Of a stretch of DNA of 64,000 nt, positions 48,529 to 59,718 are shown piece after piece. A model generated the notes under the pieces. It searched no databases. It was not told the origin of the DNA and saw only the letters and a list, made by a program, of their open reading frames with translations. The stretch is from Candidatus Krumholzibacteriota bacterium (GTDB lineage Bacteria; Krumholzibacteriota; Krumholzibacteriia; JAJRXK01): positions 32,001 to 96,000 of the forward strand of contig CAVSGG010000015.1 in the NCBI GenBank assembly GCA_963727455.1, given 5' to 3'. A program made the position numbers and the translations under genes. How positions within the stretch are numbered: position 1 is the stretch's first letter; every line of letters begins with the position of its first letter.

Positions 48529-49907
48529 CACGATCCCCTCACGGTAGTTGCGCTGGACCCGCTGACAATTCCTTGGGCCAGCTCGAGATAGCTGTCCATT
48601 TCCTTCCGGGTCCGCAATTCCGTCACCGCGACGAGAAGATCGCGTTCGTCGGCTCCTTCACTCAAGTCCCCCAGAGCGATTCCTGCCAGTAGGTTCTCGG
48701 CCGCGCAGGACTTCAAGAATTCACGAGCGGGGATGGGTGTCCTCAGTACGAACTCGTGGAAGAACGGCCCGTCGAAGGGAAGTTGCATGCCCTGGATGCG
48801 GCTGAGGCCCGCTGCCAGGTAATGCGCTTTCGCATGGCACGCCCGCGCCACAGCGATCATGCCTTGCTTACCCAAGGTCGACATGTAGATGGTCGCCATG
48901 GTGGCGGCCAGACCCTGATTGGTGCAGATGTTCGAAGTGGCCTTTTCGCGGCGAATATGCTGCTCTCTCGTCTGTAGAGTCAGAACGAACCCTCGCTTGC
49001 CGTCCCTGTCCACCGTCTCCCCCACGATGCGCCCCGGCATCCGCCGTTTGAGTTCGTCGCGCGCCGCAATGAAACCGAAGGCCGGACCACCGAAGCTCAT
49101 GGGCAAGCCCAGGGGTTGACCCTCCCCCACCGCCACGGACGCCCCGTAGGATCCCGGCGAATCCAAGAGGGGCAAAGTGGTGGGATTCACCGCTGCGATC
49201 AACAGTGCGCCGCTGGCATCGATCTTTGCTCCCACTGCGCGCGCGTCCTCCAAAATTCCCAGACCGTTGGGCTGAACCAGAACCACGCAGGCGGTGTCCT
49301 CGTCCAACTTCGCGTCGAGATCCGCAAGATCCAGGCGCCCATCCTGCGAACGTGCGATGTCGACCAGTTCCAGCTCGCGTGCCTGCAGATAGGTGGTGAG
49401 GACCCGGCGCCATCCGGATCCCAGAGTCTGGGGAACCAGCACCTTCTTGCCTCTCGTCTGGTTCACTGCGAGGAGCACGGCCTCTACTAGTGCGGTGGCG
49501 CCGTCGTAGAGACTGGCATTGCTGACGTCCAATCCGGTGAGTCGGCAGATGTAGCTCTGGAATTCATAGATTACCTGGAGGGTTCCCTGGGAAACTTCCG
49601 CTTGATACGGCGTGTAGGCGGTGGCGAATTCACTGCGGAGGGCCAAATAGGGAACGATGGCGGGGATGTCGTGGTCGTAGCACCCCCCGCCGGCGAAACA
49701 CACGAGGTCCTCCGAGCTCCGGTTGGCGCGTCCCATGCGGGCAAACTCACGACGGAGCGCCGCCTCACTGATACCGTCAGGAAGATCCAATCCGGACTTC
49801 AGCCGCAGAGCCTCGGGGATGCTCGAAAAAAGGCTCTCGACGGAAGGGCGTCCGATCTTCTGCAGCATCGCATTCACTTCGTGCTCTGTGTGTGGCGCGT
49901 AGGCCAT
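48528..49907 (-). CDS. gcvPA: glycine dehydrogenase subunit 1
   Basis: TAYTPYQAEVSQG, REQHIRREKATSNICTNQ. Confidence 0.97.
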   Translation of the reverse strand: MAYAPHTEHEVNAMLQKIGRPSVESLFSSIPEALRLKSGLDLPDGISEAALRREFARMGRANRSSEDLVCFAGGGCYDHDIPAIVPYLALRSEFATAYTPYQAEVSQGTLQVIYEFQSYICRLTGLDVSNASLYDGATALVEAVLLAVNQTRGKKVLVPQTLGSGWRRVLTTYLQARELELVDIARSQDGRLDLADLDAKLDEDTACVVLVQPNGLGILEDARAVGAKIDASGALLIAAVNPTTLPLLDSPGSYGASVAVGEGQPLGLPMSFGGPAFGFIAARDELKRRMPGRIVGETVDRDGKRGFVLTLQTREQHIRREKATSNICTNQGLAATMATIYMSTLGKQGMIAVARACHAKAHYLAAGLSRIQGMQLPFDGPFFHEFVLRTPIPAREFLKSCAAENLLAGIALGDLSEGADERDLLVAVTELRTRKEMDSYLELAQGIVSGSSATTVRGS

Positions 49908-49911
49908 ACTG

Positions 49912-50289
49912 TCATTCCTCTCCGATTTCGGAGGCGTATTCTTCCGCGCTCAACAACTCGGCACCCTCGAGGTTCTCCACTTGAAGACGCACCATCCAAC
50001 CGTCGCCGAAGGGATCTTCATTCACCAACTCCGGGTTGTCTTCGAGCTTTACGTTGACGTCGACCACGACGCCACTCACTGGAGAGTAAAGATCCTCCAC
50101 TGCTTTCACTGTCTCGATGCTGCCCAGAGATTCACCCGCCTTGATCGAGGTGCCGGTGCCGGGAAGCTCGATGTACACGATGTCTCCCAGTTCTGAGGCG
50201 GCAAAATCGGTAACGCCGATGACTCCCTGATCCCCCTCCATGCGGAGCCACTCGTGTTCCTTTGTGTACTGGATGTCCGTGGGTCTCAT
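49912..50289 (-). CDS. gcvH: glycine cleavage system H protein
   Basis: YTKEHEW, lipoyl-Lys in ETVKA, VNEDPFGDGW. Confidence 0.97.
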   Translation of the reverse strand: MRPTDIQYTKEHEWLRMEGDQGVIGVTDFAASELGDIVYIELPGTGTSIKAGESLGSIETVKAVEDLYSPVSGVVVDVNVKLEDNPELVNEDPFGDGWMVRLQVENLEGAELLSAEEYASEIGEE

Positions 50290-50335
50290 TCGCAACTCCT
50301 TGATCCGAGTCCTGTCGCTTCCAATCGTCGGGCAC

Positions 50336-51448
50336 TCAATCCTTCACGTGCAGCGGTACGAAGGGAATTTCCACCCTTGCAAGCGGATGCCGCTTGTTAC
50401 GGATTTCGACTTCGAGTTCGCCCTGAAGGGCCTCAACTTCCAAGCGGGCGAGCGCGATTCCGCACTCAAGAGTCGGGGAAAAACTACCACTGGTGACCTG
50501 CCCCACCTCTTTGCCAGCGGCAAAGATCGGCGCACCTTGTCTGGCGATCGCTTTTCCCTGCACTTTGAAGCCGGCAATGCAGCTGCCCACTCCCTTTTCC
50601 TTCTGCGTGACGAAGACCTTCTTGCCGGGAAATTCTATCGGGGACTTCAAGCGAACCACCCAGCCGATGTTCGATTCATAGGGCGAGTGATCCTCGTCGA
50701 GTTCGTGACCGTAAAGGGAATAGCAGGCTTCCAGACGTAGGGTATCGCGCGCACCCAGTCCCACGGGTCCCACCGAGAGCTCTTCTCCCGCCTGCAGGAG
50801 CTCCTCCCAGAAGGACACAGCCAGCTTCGAGGGCAAGTAGAGTTCATAGCCCTTCTCCCCGGTGTAACCGGTGCGCGAGAGGATGCACTCCTGGCCTGCG
50901 ATCGCGGGCTGCAATGTATGGTAGTACTCTAGGCTGCGCAGCTCCTCTTGGAAGGTGGCCGTGCGGGACCAGCGCGAAAGAAGCTCGAGGCTCGAAGGCC
51001 CTTGAATGGCGATGAGAGCGGTGGCATCGCTTTCATCCACGAATTCGACGGCGGAGGGGAGGCGGTCCTTTAACCAGGCGGCGACCTTGTCCCGGTTGGC
51101 GGCGTTGGCCACCACGAGGAAGTGATCCTCGGCGAGACAGTAGACCAAAAGATCGTCCAACACGCCACCGTCCTCGCGGCACAGCGCAGTGTAAAGAACC
51201 CGCCCGGGCTCGAGACGATCGAGGTTGTTGGTGATCAGCGAATCCAGACTCGAGCGTGAAGCTTCCCCGTGCAGGTGAAATTCCGCCATGTGGCTGATGT
51301 CGAACAGCCCCACCTGAGCGCGCACGCGGCGATGCTCCGCCAGCACGCCTTCATACTGCACCGGCATCAAGTAGCCGGCGAAATCCACCATGCGTGCGCC
51401 GTGCTGCTCGTGCCAAGAGCTCAGTGGGGTGCGACGTGGCTCACTCAT
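50336..51448 (-). CDS. gcvT: glycine cleavage system aminomethyltransferase
   Basis: LFDISHM, RTGYTGEKGYE, GLGARDTLRLEA. Confidence 0.96.
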   Translation of the reverse strand: MSEPRRTPLSSWHEQHGARMVDFAGYLMPVQYEGVLAEHRRVRAQVGLFDISHMAEFHLHGEASRSSLDSLITNNLDRLEPGRVLYTALCREDGGVLDDLLVYCLAEDHFLVVANAANRDKVAAWLKDRLPSAVEFVDESDATALIAIQGPSSLELLSRWSRTATFQEELRSLEYYHTLQPAIAGQECILSRTGYTGEKGYELYLPSKLAVSFWEELLQAGEELSVGPVGLGARDTLRLEACYSLYGHELDEDHSPYESNIGWVVRLKSPIEFPGKKVFVTQKEKGVGSCIAGFKVQGKAIARQGAPIFAAGKEVGQVTSGSFSPTLECGIALARLEVEALQGELEVEIRNKRHPLARVEIPFVPLHVKD

Positions 51449-51508
51449 TCTTCGTTCCCTCTCGCAGGTTCTCGCCGTGGCTTTCTCATCCACGGTTTCA
51501 AGCTGAGC

Positions 51509-54322
51509 TCAAGCCGCGTTCAGCTGCCGCCTCAGCATGTGTCCGGTGTGCGAATCCTCGCACTTCATCACCGTGTCCAGATTTCCCTCCACCACGATGG
51601 CCCCTCCCTGCTGACCGCCCTCGGGTCCAAGATCCACGATCCAGTCGGCAGCCAGAATCACCTCCGGATGATGCTCGATCACCAATACCGTGTTGCCCTT
51701 GTCGACCAATTTCGCGAGAACGGCCAGGAGCATTTCCACGTCTTGGAAATGTAGTCCGGTCGTGGGTTCGTCCAAGAGGTACAGAGTGCGCCCTGTGGAG
51801 GGCCGGCTGAGCTCTTTTGCCAGCTTCAGCCGTTGAGCCTCTCCGCCGCTGAGGGTGTCTGCCGCCTGGCCCAATCGAAGGTATCCCAGCCCGACCTCCT
51901 GCAGAGTTCCCAGAATGCGCCTCATCGAGGGAACCGGGTCCAAGAGCCCCGTCGCCTCCTCGATAGTCATCTGCAGATAATCCGCAATCGAGCGACCCTT
52001 GTAGCTCACCTCGAGGGTCTGTCGATTGAAGCGGCGGCCTCCGCAGACGTCACAGACTACCCGCACCTGGGGCAGAAAATCCATAGTCAGTGTGCGCACC
52101 CCGGCCCCGTCACAGGCCTCGCAACGTCCGCCCTTGGTGTTGAAGGAGAAGCGGCCTTGATCGAAGCCACGAGCTTTGGCCGCGGGCGTCTGCGCCAGGA
52201 TCTTCCTCAGATAGGTGTAAAGACCGGTGAAGGTGGCGGGAGTGCTCCGGGGAGAGCGTCCAATCGGCTGTTGATCGATGAGGATGACCTTGTCCAGGGC
52301 TTCGCTTCCCTCGATGCCGTCATGTTCTCCGGGTTTGGCCAGCGCCCCGTGAAGTTCCTTGGCCAGCGCGCGATACAGGATCTCGTGCACCAGAGTGCTC
52401 TTGCCGCTGCCGGAAACTCCGGTGACTGCGATGAACTTGCCCAGAGGTAGGCTCAGATCGAAGCTGCGCAAGTTTCTGGCACGCGCTCCGCGAATCAAAA
52501 GCGCGCTCTGGGAATCGGAGGCGGGGCGCTTGCGGGGAATCGTGAGCGGCCGCGCCAACCATCGGCCAGTCGGAGAATCATCGCAGCGCGCAATTTCCCG
52601 CGGCGTACCCTCCGCGACCACCTCGCCTCCGTGATCGCCCGCTCCCGGCCCTAGATCCACCACGTGGTTCGCCGCTTCAATGATGTCTCGATCGTGCTCG
52701 ACCACCACGAGGCTGTTTCCTCGATCCACCAGACGTCGCAGGAGTTCGATGAGCCGCGCGTTGTCGCGCGCGTGTAATCCCACGCTGGGTTCATCCAGAA
52801 CATAGAGCACGCCGGTGAGCCTTCCTCCCACCTGGGTCGCCAGCCGCACGCGCTGTCCCTCGCCACCGCTGAGTGAACTCGTGGGACGACTCAGGCTCAA
52901 GTAACCCAAACCGGCCTGCACCAGAAATCCCAGCCGTGATGCGATCTCCTTCTTCAACGGCTCTCCGATCAGGGCTTCCGTTCCAGAGAAATGCCACTCC
53001 TCCAATTCCGAGAGCAAGTCGACGAGGGGCAGCTCGGAAAGGGTGCCCAGATCACGACCGAAGAGCTCCACGCTGAGCGCTTCGGGTCTCAAGCGCGTCC
53101 CGTGGCATTCGGGACACTGCCTCTCTTCCATGAATTCCTCGCACCACCTTCTTATCCTCTGACTCTTGGTCTCCTGGGCGCGGCGCGTCAGCATCGGCAC
53201 CAGCCCTTCGAACTCCGCCAGAAAGCGCTCGTGGCCGGAAATTCCCTCGCGCAGAAATTCGAACTCCTTGCCCATCGTCCCAAAGAGCAGTGCCCGTCTC
53301 AGCCGTTCGCACATTTCGGCCAGGGGAGCTTCTTCATCGAAGCCGAGTCGCCGCACCAGGTAGTCGACTTGCTCGTGGATGAAGCTCTGGTTCTTGCCCC
53401 GAAGAGGAGCCAGCCCGCCATCGCGCAGGCTCAACGAGGGATCGGGAATGAGCAGGTTCTCGGCGATACTGCGCGTGGACCCCAAGCCCCGGCAACTCCG
53501 GCACGCTCCGGCCGGAGAATTGAAGGAGAAGAGCCTGGGCTCAAGGATCGCGAAGCCGGTTCCGCACTGGGGACAGGCGAGCCGATCGCTGTACACCTTC
53601 TCCTTGCCGCGGGAGAGTGGAGAGATGATGAGGCTGCCCTTCCCTTCGGCGAGCGCCCGTTCCACGCTGCTGGTCAGGCGTTGCTGGGATCCGCTACCCG
53701 CCTTCAGTCGATCCACCACGAGGTCGACATCGTGGCGCGCGCCCTTCTTCAGCCCTTCCACCTCGTCGAGCGCGAGGACCTCCCCATCGACGCGAATCCT
53801 GGCGTAGCCCTTCTTGCGCAGGGCGGCCAAGAGAGCGCGCTGTTCGCCTCGTCTGCCTCTGAGTACCGGGGCAAGGACGAGGTAAGCCGTCCCCTCCGGG
53901 AGATGCAGCAGTTCCTTCAGAATGAGCGAGGGATGTCCGGCCGCGACCTTGGTCTTGCACTTGGGGCAGTGGGGCTCGCCCAGCCGGGCGTAGAGCAGAC
54001 GCAAGAAAGGAATGGTCTCGGTAATGGTTCCGACGGTCGAGCGCGGATTGCGTCCGAGACCCCGCTGTTGAATCGCCAGGGAAGGACTCAGTCCCTCCAC
54101 CCGATCCACATCCGGCTTGGGAACTTGCTCCAGAAAATGGCGCGCGTATGCGGAGAGGGATTCGAGGTACCTGCGCTGTCCTTCCGCATACAGCGTATCG
54201 AACGCGAGACTGCTTTTCCCCGAACCGCTGGGCCCGGTTATGACGACGAGTTCGTTCCGGGGAAGCCGGACCTCGATGTTCTTGAGGTTGTGCTCTCGAA
54301 CGCCCTTCAGGTGAATGGCCAT
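51509..54322 (-). CDS. uvrA: excinuclease ABC subunit A
   Basis: [16 protein letters not shown], two ABC domains, zinc fingers. Confidence 0.97.
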   Translation of the reverse strand: MAIHLKGVREHNLKNIEVRLPRNELVVITGPSGSGKSSLAFDTLYAEGQRRYLESLSAYARHFLEQVPKPDVDRVEGLSPSLAIQQRGLGRNPRSTVGTITETIPFLRLLYARLGEPHCPKCKTKVAAGHPSLILKELLHLPEGTAYLVLAPVLRGRRGEQRALLAALRKKGYARIRVDGEVLALDEVEGLKKGARHDVDLVVDRLKAGSGSQQRLTSSVERALAEGKGSLIISPLSRGKEKVYSDRLACPQCGTGFAILEPRLFSFNSPAGACRSCRGLGSTRSIAENLLIPDPSLSLRDGGLAPLRGKNQSFIHEQVDYLVRRLGFDEEAPLAEMCERLRRALLFGTMGKEFEFLREGISGHERFLAEFEGLVPMLTRRAQETKSQRIRRWCEEFMEERQCPECHGTRLRPEALSVELFGRDLGTLSELPLVDLLSELEEWHFSGTEALIGEPLKKEIASRLGFLVQAGLGYLSLSRPTSSLSGGEGQRVRLATQVGGRLTGVLYVLDEPSVGLHARDNARLIELLRRLVDRGNSLVVVEHDRDIIEAANHVVDLGPGAGDHGGEVVAEGTPREIARCDDSPTGRWLARPLTIPRKRPASDSQSALLIRGARARNLRSFDLSLPLGKFIAVTGVSGSGKSTLVHEILYRALAKELHGALAKPGEHDGIEGSEALDKVILIDQQPIGRSPRSTPATFTGLYTYLRKILAQTPAAKARGFDQGRFSFNTKGGRCEACDGAGVRTLTMDFLPQVRVVCDVCGGRRFNRQTLEVSYKGRSIADYLQMTIEEATGLLDPVPSMRRILGTLQEVGLGYLRLGQAADTLSGGEAQRLKLAKELSRPSTGRTLYLLDEPTTGLHFQDVEMLLAVLAKLVDKGNTVLVIEHHPEVILAADWIVDLGPEGGQQGGAIVVEGNLDTVMKCEDSHTGHMLRRQLNAA

Positions 54323-54326
54323 GTGC

Positions 54327-57300
54327 TCAAGAGCCACTGCTCTTTGCCTCTTTCTGCAAGGCATCGAGACGACGCACCGCCTCGGCCCCCCATTGGCTGT
54401 TGGCGCCGTGCTGTTTGATCACTTTCTCGTAGAGCCGCTTGGCCGCGTCCAATTCGCTCATTTTTTGATAGACCTCGGCTGCCTTGAGCTGCGCCGTCAC
54501 CGGGAGTTGCCCGCTCTTGGGATAGAGGTAGGGGATCTTGAGATAGGCTGCCGCCGCTTCTTCAAAACGCCGCAACTTCTCCAGAGAATCGGCGATCCAG
54601 AATTGACCGTAGGCCTGATCCTCATCGTTCAATAGAGGCATGACTCGTTGGTAAGCGGCGATGCTCAACTCGTAGCGCCCCGCTTCATGGTAGCAGTAGG
54701 CGATGTCGCTCAGGATCTGTTCGGCGTCCGGCAAATCGGCCTCTTGCTCCAAAAGCGAATGGTAGACCTCCAGCGCTTTGTCGTAGCGCTCGAGCCTACG
54801 CCAGCTCATCGCCAAGCCCTTCATTGCCTTCACCCGGAGAGAGTGATGCGGGTATTCGTCGACGAGTTGCTGATAGGCCTTGCGTGCTGCCTCGTCGTCA
54901 CCATTCCTGGCTGCGAGATTTGCGACCTTGAAGAGGGCCTGCGCGGACCATTCGCTGTGCGATCCCGTGGCAGCGGCGCTCTTGAACGCCGTACTCGCGT
55001 CCTCGAAGCGTTGCGCCTTCAGCATGTACATTCCCTCGCCATATTTCGCGCGCGCCAGCAGCTCCTTCGTCACGGGTTCTTTCTCCACCATTTCATACAG
55101 CCCCAGAGCGACCTCCGCCTTGCCCGCTTCCAGCTCGGCGTCAGCCAGATCGAGGCGTGCTTGCGGCACCAGGAACCCTGCCTCCGGATAGCCCTCGCTG
55201 AGTTTTTTCAACTCCTCTGCGGCAGCTTTGAGCTTTGCCGCCTGGGCGAGAGCTCGGATCCTGAGAGCGAGAGTCCGTGCGGTGGCGGGGTCCTCCTGGA
55301 AGCGATCCAGCCAGCGCAGCGCCGCTTCCGGCCGTCCCCTCTCGAGCTGAAGTTCGGCCAGGCGGCGAAAGACGTCCTCCTTCTGGGCAAGTTGCGGATC
55401 CAGCTCACTCAAGCGAGTGAGAGCATCGGTCGCGAGGCTGTCATGACCCGCACTGCTCTCCATCTGGGAGATCTTCAGCAAACTGCGTCCGGCGTATCGG
55501 CTGTTCGATTCCTGCGAAGCGAGCGCTTGAAACCGCCGCCGAGCATCCTCGACCCTGCCCCTGCGCATCTGAGCTGTCGCCAGGCGATAGTTGGCGTCGT
55601 CGGTGTAGACACCATTTTCGTAGCGCCGGAGGAGGGTGCGATAGATAGTGGCTGCGGCGTCAGGGTCCCCCCCGTACAGTGCCATGTCACCGGCAAGGAG
55701 CAACGAGCGCTGTCCCAGCTGACTCGAAGGGAATGTTCGGGCGTAGGTTTCGTAGAGAGTTTTCGCGGCTGCGAAATGCTGTTGCGCGCGTTGGATCTCC
55801 GCCATCAAGTAGCGCGACGCCACCGCCAGGTTCCCCGCGTCCTGAGCGTCCATGATTCGTCTCAACTCGGCCGCGGCGAGATCGTCCTTTTGCTGTTGAT
55901 GATAGAGCCACGCCAGGGCGTATTGCAGGGTCCGCTCCCTCATCGGTGAGGGCTTCCCTGCCAGCCCTTCCTTCAGCCAGACGATGCGTTGGGAGTCCGA
56001 AAGGTCCGTGGAGAGCTCGGCAGCGCGCCACAAGAGCCAGGCTCTCGACTCGCCTTCGGATGTGTTCTTCAAAGAAACGCGCATCTCGGCACCGAGCGCG
56101 GTCCAGGCGGATTGGCTGAGATCGAGCCCTTCCTGCGCGCCGTAGCCACCCAAGAGAGGCGTTTGCTCCGCATCGAAGAGCGGCGGCGCGGCAGGCTGAG
56201 CCCTCTGGGAAAGTGCCAGCTTCAGCAGGGCCGTTTGGGCCGCGCTCTTGGTGGCCCCCGGCGGCGCGAGCTGGACGGCGCGCGCATAGGCCTTGCGTGC
56301 CGCGCTCCATTGCTCTTTCCAGGACGAATCCGTTGCGGAGTCGAGCCTGGCCTCGAGCGCGAGTTGCTGGCGGCTTCTGCCCAACTCGAGAGAGGCTCGG
56401 GCGACACTGAGCGAGTCTGACGCTTCCGCACTCAGGTCCTCGAACACTTTCGCTGCGGCCGCGGCATCGCCGGCGAGGTCCCGCAGCACCGTTCCCACTT
56501 TCATGCGGCGGACGGTTTCATTTTCGTCGGGAGCGAGTGCAAGCTGGCTCAAGCGACGCACCGCCTCCTCAGGCTCCTTCTGCACGCGGCGCGCGGCGAG
56601 CTCGAGTTCGAGACGCAAGCCCGCCGCCTGCTCACTCGTGGGGTACTGACGGATGACGCTTTCGGCCACCTGCTTGGCCTCATCCTCTTGTCCCGCCGCC
56701 CGCAACTCATGCACACAGAGCAGGAGATACTGGGCCCGCATCTCACTTTCGGGTGCGGATGCCGCAGCCTCCCGGTAGAGGTCCGCTGCCAGGGCATGGC
56801 GCGCCAGTGGGCCAGCAGTGATCTGGGCCGCCTTGGACCAGGCCAACGCGCCCAGGGAATCGCTGGGAGCCGCGCTGGCTGCTTTTTGCCAGAGCACACG
56901 CGCCAGTTCGTGGCCCTTCTGATCTACTTGCCTGGAGGATTCTACCAGAGTGGCCAAGCTCGAGAGTGCGCTGTAGGCCACGGTGGAATCCGGACTCGAG
57001 GCGAGCGAGAGCAGCTCATCTTTGGCCCCCTCCTTGTTCTGCTTGGCGTCGGCGCGTGCCAAGAGCAATCGCGCGCGCGGGCTCCCCGGGGCGTCCGGGT
57101 ACTTTTCCAGGTAGGCGTTCGCGGCGTCTCTTGCCGAGTCGTAGTTGTCTGCCCTCAGTTCGCACTCACCTAGCCCCAGCAGCGCGCGCTGGATCTGCTC
57201 GGGCGTTCCGCCGCGCTCGGCCACCTCGCGATAGCGCTTCGCTGCTTGCTTCCACGACTGGGCCGCCTCATCCAGGATGGCCAGTCCCAAATTGGCGCGC

Positions 57301-58130
57301 GCATGCAGATAGGGGTCCGAGTACTTCTGAATGACCAATTGGTAGTGTTCCCGCGCGGCCTTGGGCGCCTCGCGCGCGCGAAGCAACTCCGCGGAACGAA
57401 GGAGGCCGAAGGCCCCCACGACCTCACCGGGATAGCTGGAATGGACGGCGTCGAAGTGCGCGATCGCCAAACTGTCCTCTCCCGCTTTCTGCGCTAGCAC
57501 CCCCAGATCGAAGCGCGCTCGAGCCGCCAGAGGAGGGGCGGCGCGGCCTCCCACCAAGGCACGGAGCAGACCCTCGGCCTGCCCGCTTTGACCCTGCGCC
57601 ATCACGGATTCCGCCAGACCCAAGCGCGCGGCATCGGCCTGATCGCTCGCGGGAAAGGAGCTGAGCAAACTGCGATACACTTCGGCCGCCTCTTGATCGC
57701 GGTGGCCTTCCGCCAACAGCGCTCCCTTTTCCAAAAGCGCTTTGGGAGCCTCAGGGGAGGAAGGAAAGTGCTGAAGGAGCTGATCGTAGGCCTTCAGGGC
57801 CCCGACCGGCTGACTCAAGTGGCGGTAGATACCCGCCGCCTGCAGCAGGGCGGACGCGGCCCGGGAATCCTCGGGATAGTTCTTCGCGAACTCGAGTAGC
57901 TGGCGCGCGGCGACGTCTTCCATGCCGTCGTCGCGTAACTTCTTTACAAACTGCCAATCGCGATCGGCGTTCAGGTTTGTGGGACCGCCACTCTGGGATT
58001 GGCTCGCAAGATCGGCGGCGGGCGCACCGTTCTGAGCCGGAACTTGCGCAACCGCAGCAGGGGCGGAAAGAAACAGCAGCAATAAGCCACTGACCAGACC
58101 GGTTGCTCTGATGGACAGGGTCGAAGACAT
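54327..58130 (-). CDS. large exported tetratricopeptide-repeat protein (BamD/CpoB-like repeats)
   Basis: Signal peptide ending AVA-Q; many A...Y..L...YP.S helical repeats; GGAGG RBS. Confidence 0.8.
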   Translation of the reverse strand: MSSTLSIRATGLVSGLLLLFLSAPAAVAQVPAQNGAPAADLASQSQSGGPTNLNADRDWQFVKKLRDDGMEDVAARQLLEFAKNYPEDSRAASALLQAAGIYRHLSQPVGALKAYDQLLQHFPSSPEAPKALLEKGALLAEGHRDQEAAEVYRSLLSSFPASDQADAARLGLAESVMAQGQSGQAEGLLRALVGGRAAPPLAARARFDLGVLAQKAGEDSLAIAHFDAVHSSYPGEVVGAFGLLRSAELLRAREAPKAAREHYQLVIQKYSDPYLHARANLGLAILDEAAQSWKQAAKRYREVAERGGTPEQIQRALLGLGECELRADNYDSARDAANAYLEKYPDAPGSPRARLLLARADAKQNKEGAKDELLSLASSPDSTVAYSALSSLATLVESSRQVDQKGHELARVLWQKAASAAPSDSLGALAWSKAAQITAGPLARHALAADLYREAAASAPESEMRAQYLLLCVHELRAAGQEDEAKQVAESVIRQYPTSEQAAGLRLELELAARRVQKEPEEAVRRLSQLALAPDENETVRRMKVGTVLRDLAGDAAAAAKVFEDLSAEASDSLSVARASLELGRSRQQLALEARLDSATDSSWKEQWSAARKAYARAVQLAPPGATKSAAQTALLKLALSQRAQPAAPPLFDAEQTPLLGGYGAQEGLDLSQSAWTALGAEMRVSLKNTSEGESRAWLLWRAAELSTDLSDSQRIVWLKEGLAGKPSPMRERTLQYALAWLYHQQQKDDLAAAELRRIMDAQDAGNLAVASRYLMAEIQRAQQHFAAAKTLYETYARTFPSSQLGQRSLLLAGDMALYGGDPDAAATIYRTLLRRYENGVYTDDANYRLATAQMRRGRVEDARRRFQALASQESNSRYAGRSLLKISQMESSAGHDSLATDALTRLSELDPQLAQKEDVFRRLAELQLERGRPEAALRWLDRFQEDPATARTLALRIRALAQAAKLKAAAEELKKLSEGYPEAGFLVPQARLDLADAELEAGKAEVALGLYEMVEKEPVTKELLARAKYGEGMYMLKAQRFEDASTAFKSAAATGSHSEWSAQALFKVANLAARNGDDEAARKAYQQLVDEYPHHSLRVKAMKGLAMSWRRLERYDKALEVYHSLLEQEADLPDAEQILSDIAYCYHEAGRYELSIAAYQRVMPLLNDEDQAYGQFWIADSLEKLRRFEEAAAAYLKIPYLYPKSGQLPVTAQLKAAEVYQKMSELDAAKRLYEKVIKQHGANSQWGAEAVRRLDALQKEAKSSGS

Positions 58131-58150
58131 GAGTCCTCCAGCCAAGCGTC

Positions 58151-59455
58151 TCAGGGAGAGAGTCGATGTATCTGCCGCGGGAAGGGAATGGTCTCCCGCA
58201 AGTGCGGGATGCCCGCGATGTAGGTAACCATGCGTTCCAAACCCAGACCGAATCCACCGTGCGGGAAGCTGCCATAGCGACGCAGATCGAGGTACCACTC
58301 GAACGCGCTCTGCGGAAGGCCATGGGTCTCGATCTGCCGCAATAGGAAGCTCAGATCCGCGCTCCGCTCGCCTCCACCGATGATCTCTCCATAGCCTTCG
58401 GGAGCCAGGAGATCCACCGAGAGAGAAAGACGGGGATCGGCCGGGTCCGGTGCCATGTAGAACGCCTTGATGGCAGCGGGAAACCGATGCACGAAGAAAG
58501 GTCGGTCGTGCTGTTCGGCCAAGTAGGATTCATCGGGTGCTCCGAAGTCTCCTCCCCACTCGAATTCGATTCCACCGGCTTGGAGCATTTTCACTGCGTC
58601 GTCGTAATGGAGCCTGGGAAACGGGGCCCTCACTGCTTCCAGCTTGCTCAGATCACGCTCGAGCACATCCGCCAGCAACTCGCCTTTCTCCTCGAGCACT
58701 CGTTGTACCACGTAGCAGACGAAACGTTCCTCGAGTTCCATCACTTCGTCCAAGTGGGCAAATGCGACCTCGGGTTCGACCATCCAGAATTCCGTCAGGT
58801 GGCGTCGCGTCTTGCTGCGCTCGGCCCGAAAAGTGGGTCCGAAACAATAGGCCTTGCCGAATGCAGCGGCCGCCGCCTCCATGTAAAGCTGTCCGCTCTG
58901 CGTGAGATAGGCCTTGTCACCGAAGTACTCGGTCTCGAAAAGCGTGCTCGTTCCCTCGCACGCGTTGGGCGTGAAGATCGGCGCGTCGACGAGGGTGAAG
59001 CCCTGGCCGTCGAAGAAATCCCGAATCGCGGTGATGACGCTATGACGCACCTTCATGAGCGCGTGCTGTTTCTTGCTGCGTAACCACAGATGTCGATGAT
59101 CCATGAGGAACGAGGTGCCGTGTTCCTTGGGAGTGATCGGGTAGTTCTCACTCTCGCCGATGACTTTCAGCGAACTCAATTGCATCTCGAAGCCGCCGGG
59201 GGCGCGCGGATCGGCAGTGACCTTTCCCTCGATCTCGACCGCCGTCTCCTGACTGAGATTGAGTGCGGTCGCGAAAAGCTCCTCGGGCAAATCTCCCTTA
59301 GCAGCCACCACCTGGAGAAGGCCGGTTCCGTCGCGCAGGACAATGAACACCAGCTTCTTCATCGCTCTCAGGTGGTACACCCAACCCCTCACGAGGGCGG
59401 TTTGGCCCTCGCTCTTGGCGATCTCACTGATCCAACGCTGATCCTGCATCTGCAT
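58151..59455 (-). CDS. asnS: asparagine--tRNA ligase
   Basis: OB fold, [40 protein letters not shown]. Confidence 0.95.
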   Translation of the reverse strand: MQMQDQRWISEIAKSEGQTALVRGWVYHLRAMKKLVFIVLRDGTGLLQVVAAKGDLPEELFATALNLSQETAVEIEGKVTADPRAPGGFEMQLSSLKVIGESENYPITPKEHGTSFLMDHRHLWLRSKKQHALMKVRHSVITAIRDFFDGQGFTLVDAPIFTPNACEGTSTLFETEYFGDKAYLTQSGQLYMEAAAAAFGKAYCFGPTFRAERSKTRRHLTEFWMVEPEVAFAHLDEVMELEERFVCYVVQRVLEEKGELLADVLERDLSKLEAVRAPFPRLHYDDAVKMLQAGGIEFEWGGDFGAPDESYLAEQHDRPFFVHRFPAAIKAFYMAPDPADPRLSLSVDLLAPEGYGEIIGGGERSADLSFLLRQIETHGLPQSAFEWYLDLRRYGSFPHGGFGLGLERMVTYIAGIPHLRETIPFPRQIHRLSP

Positions 59456-59505
59456 GCCCTCCCCCGGATTTCCCGCCGGCCGGACGCCTCTGCGCGGAAC
59501 GCAGG

Positions 59506-59534
59506 AGTATAGGACCTTGCCCCGACCGCGACAA
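59506..59534 (-). promoter_or_regulatory. promoter for asnS
   Basis: TTGTCG-N17-TATACT. Confidence 0.5.
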
Positions 59535-59718
59535 CCGCCCCTCCTGCCGGCGGCCCTGGCTGCGCGAATTGCGAGCCAGCGGTCCGCTGAGACGGCGGAA
59601 TTGAGCCTCCGGGGCCCGCTGGGCTGCCCTGCGAGACGGCACAATCCTTGCGGAGTAACCGCAAGGTACCCGTGTCAACGAGGATCCCTCGAAAACCACG
59701 CAGCCAAGAGGCGCGCAC

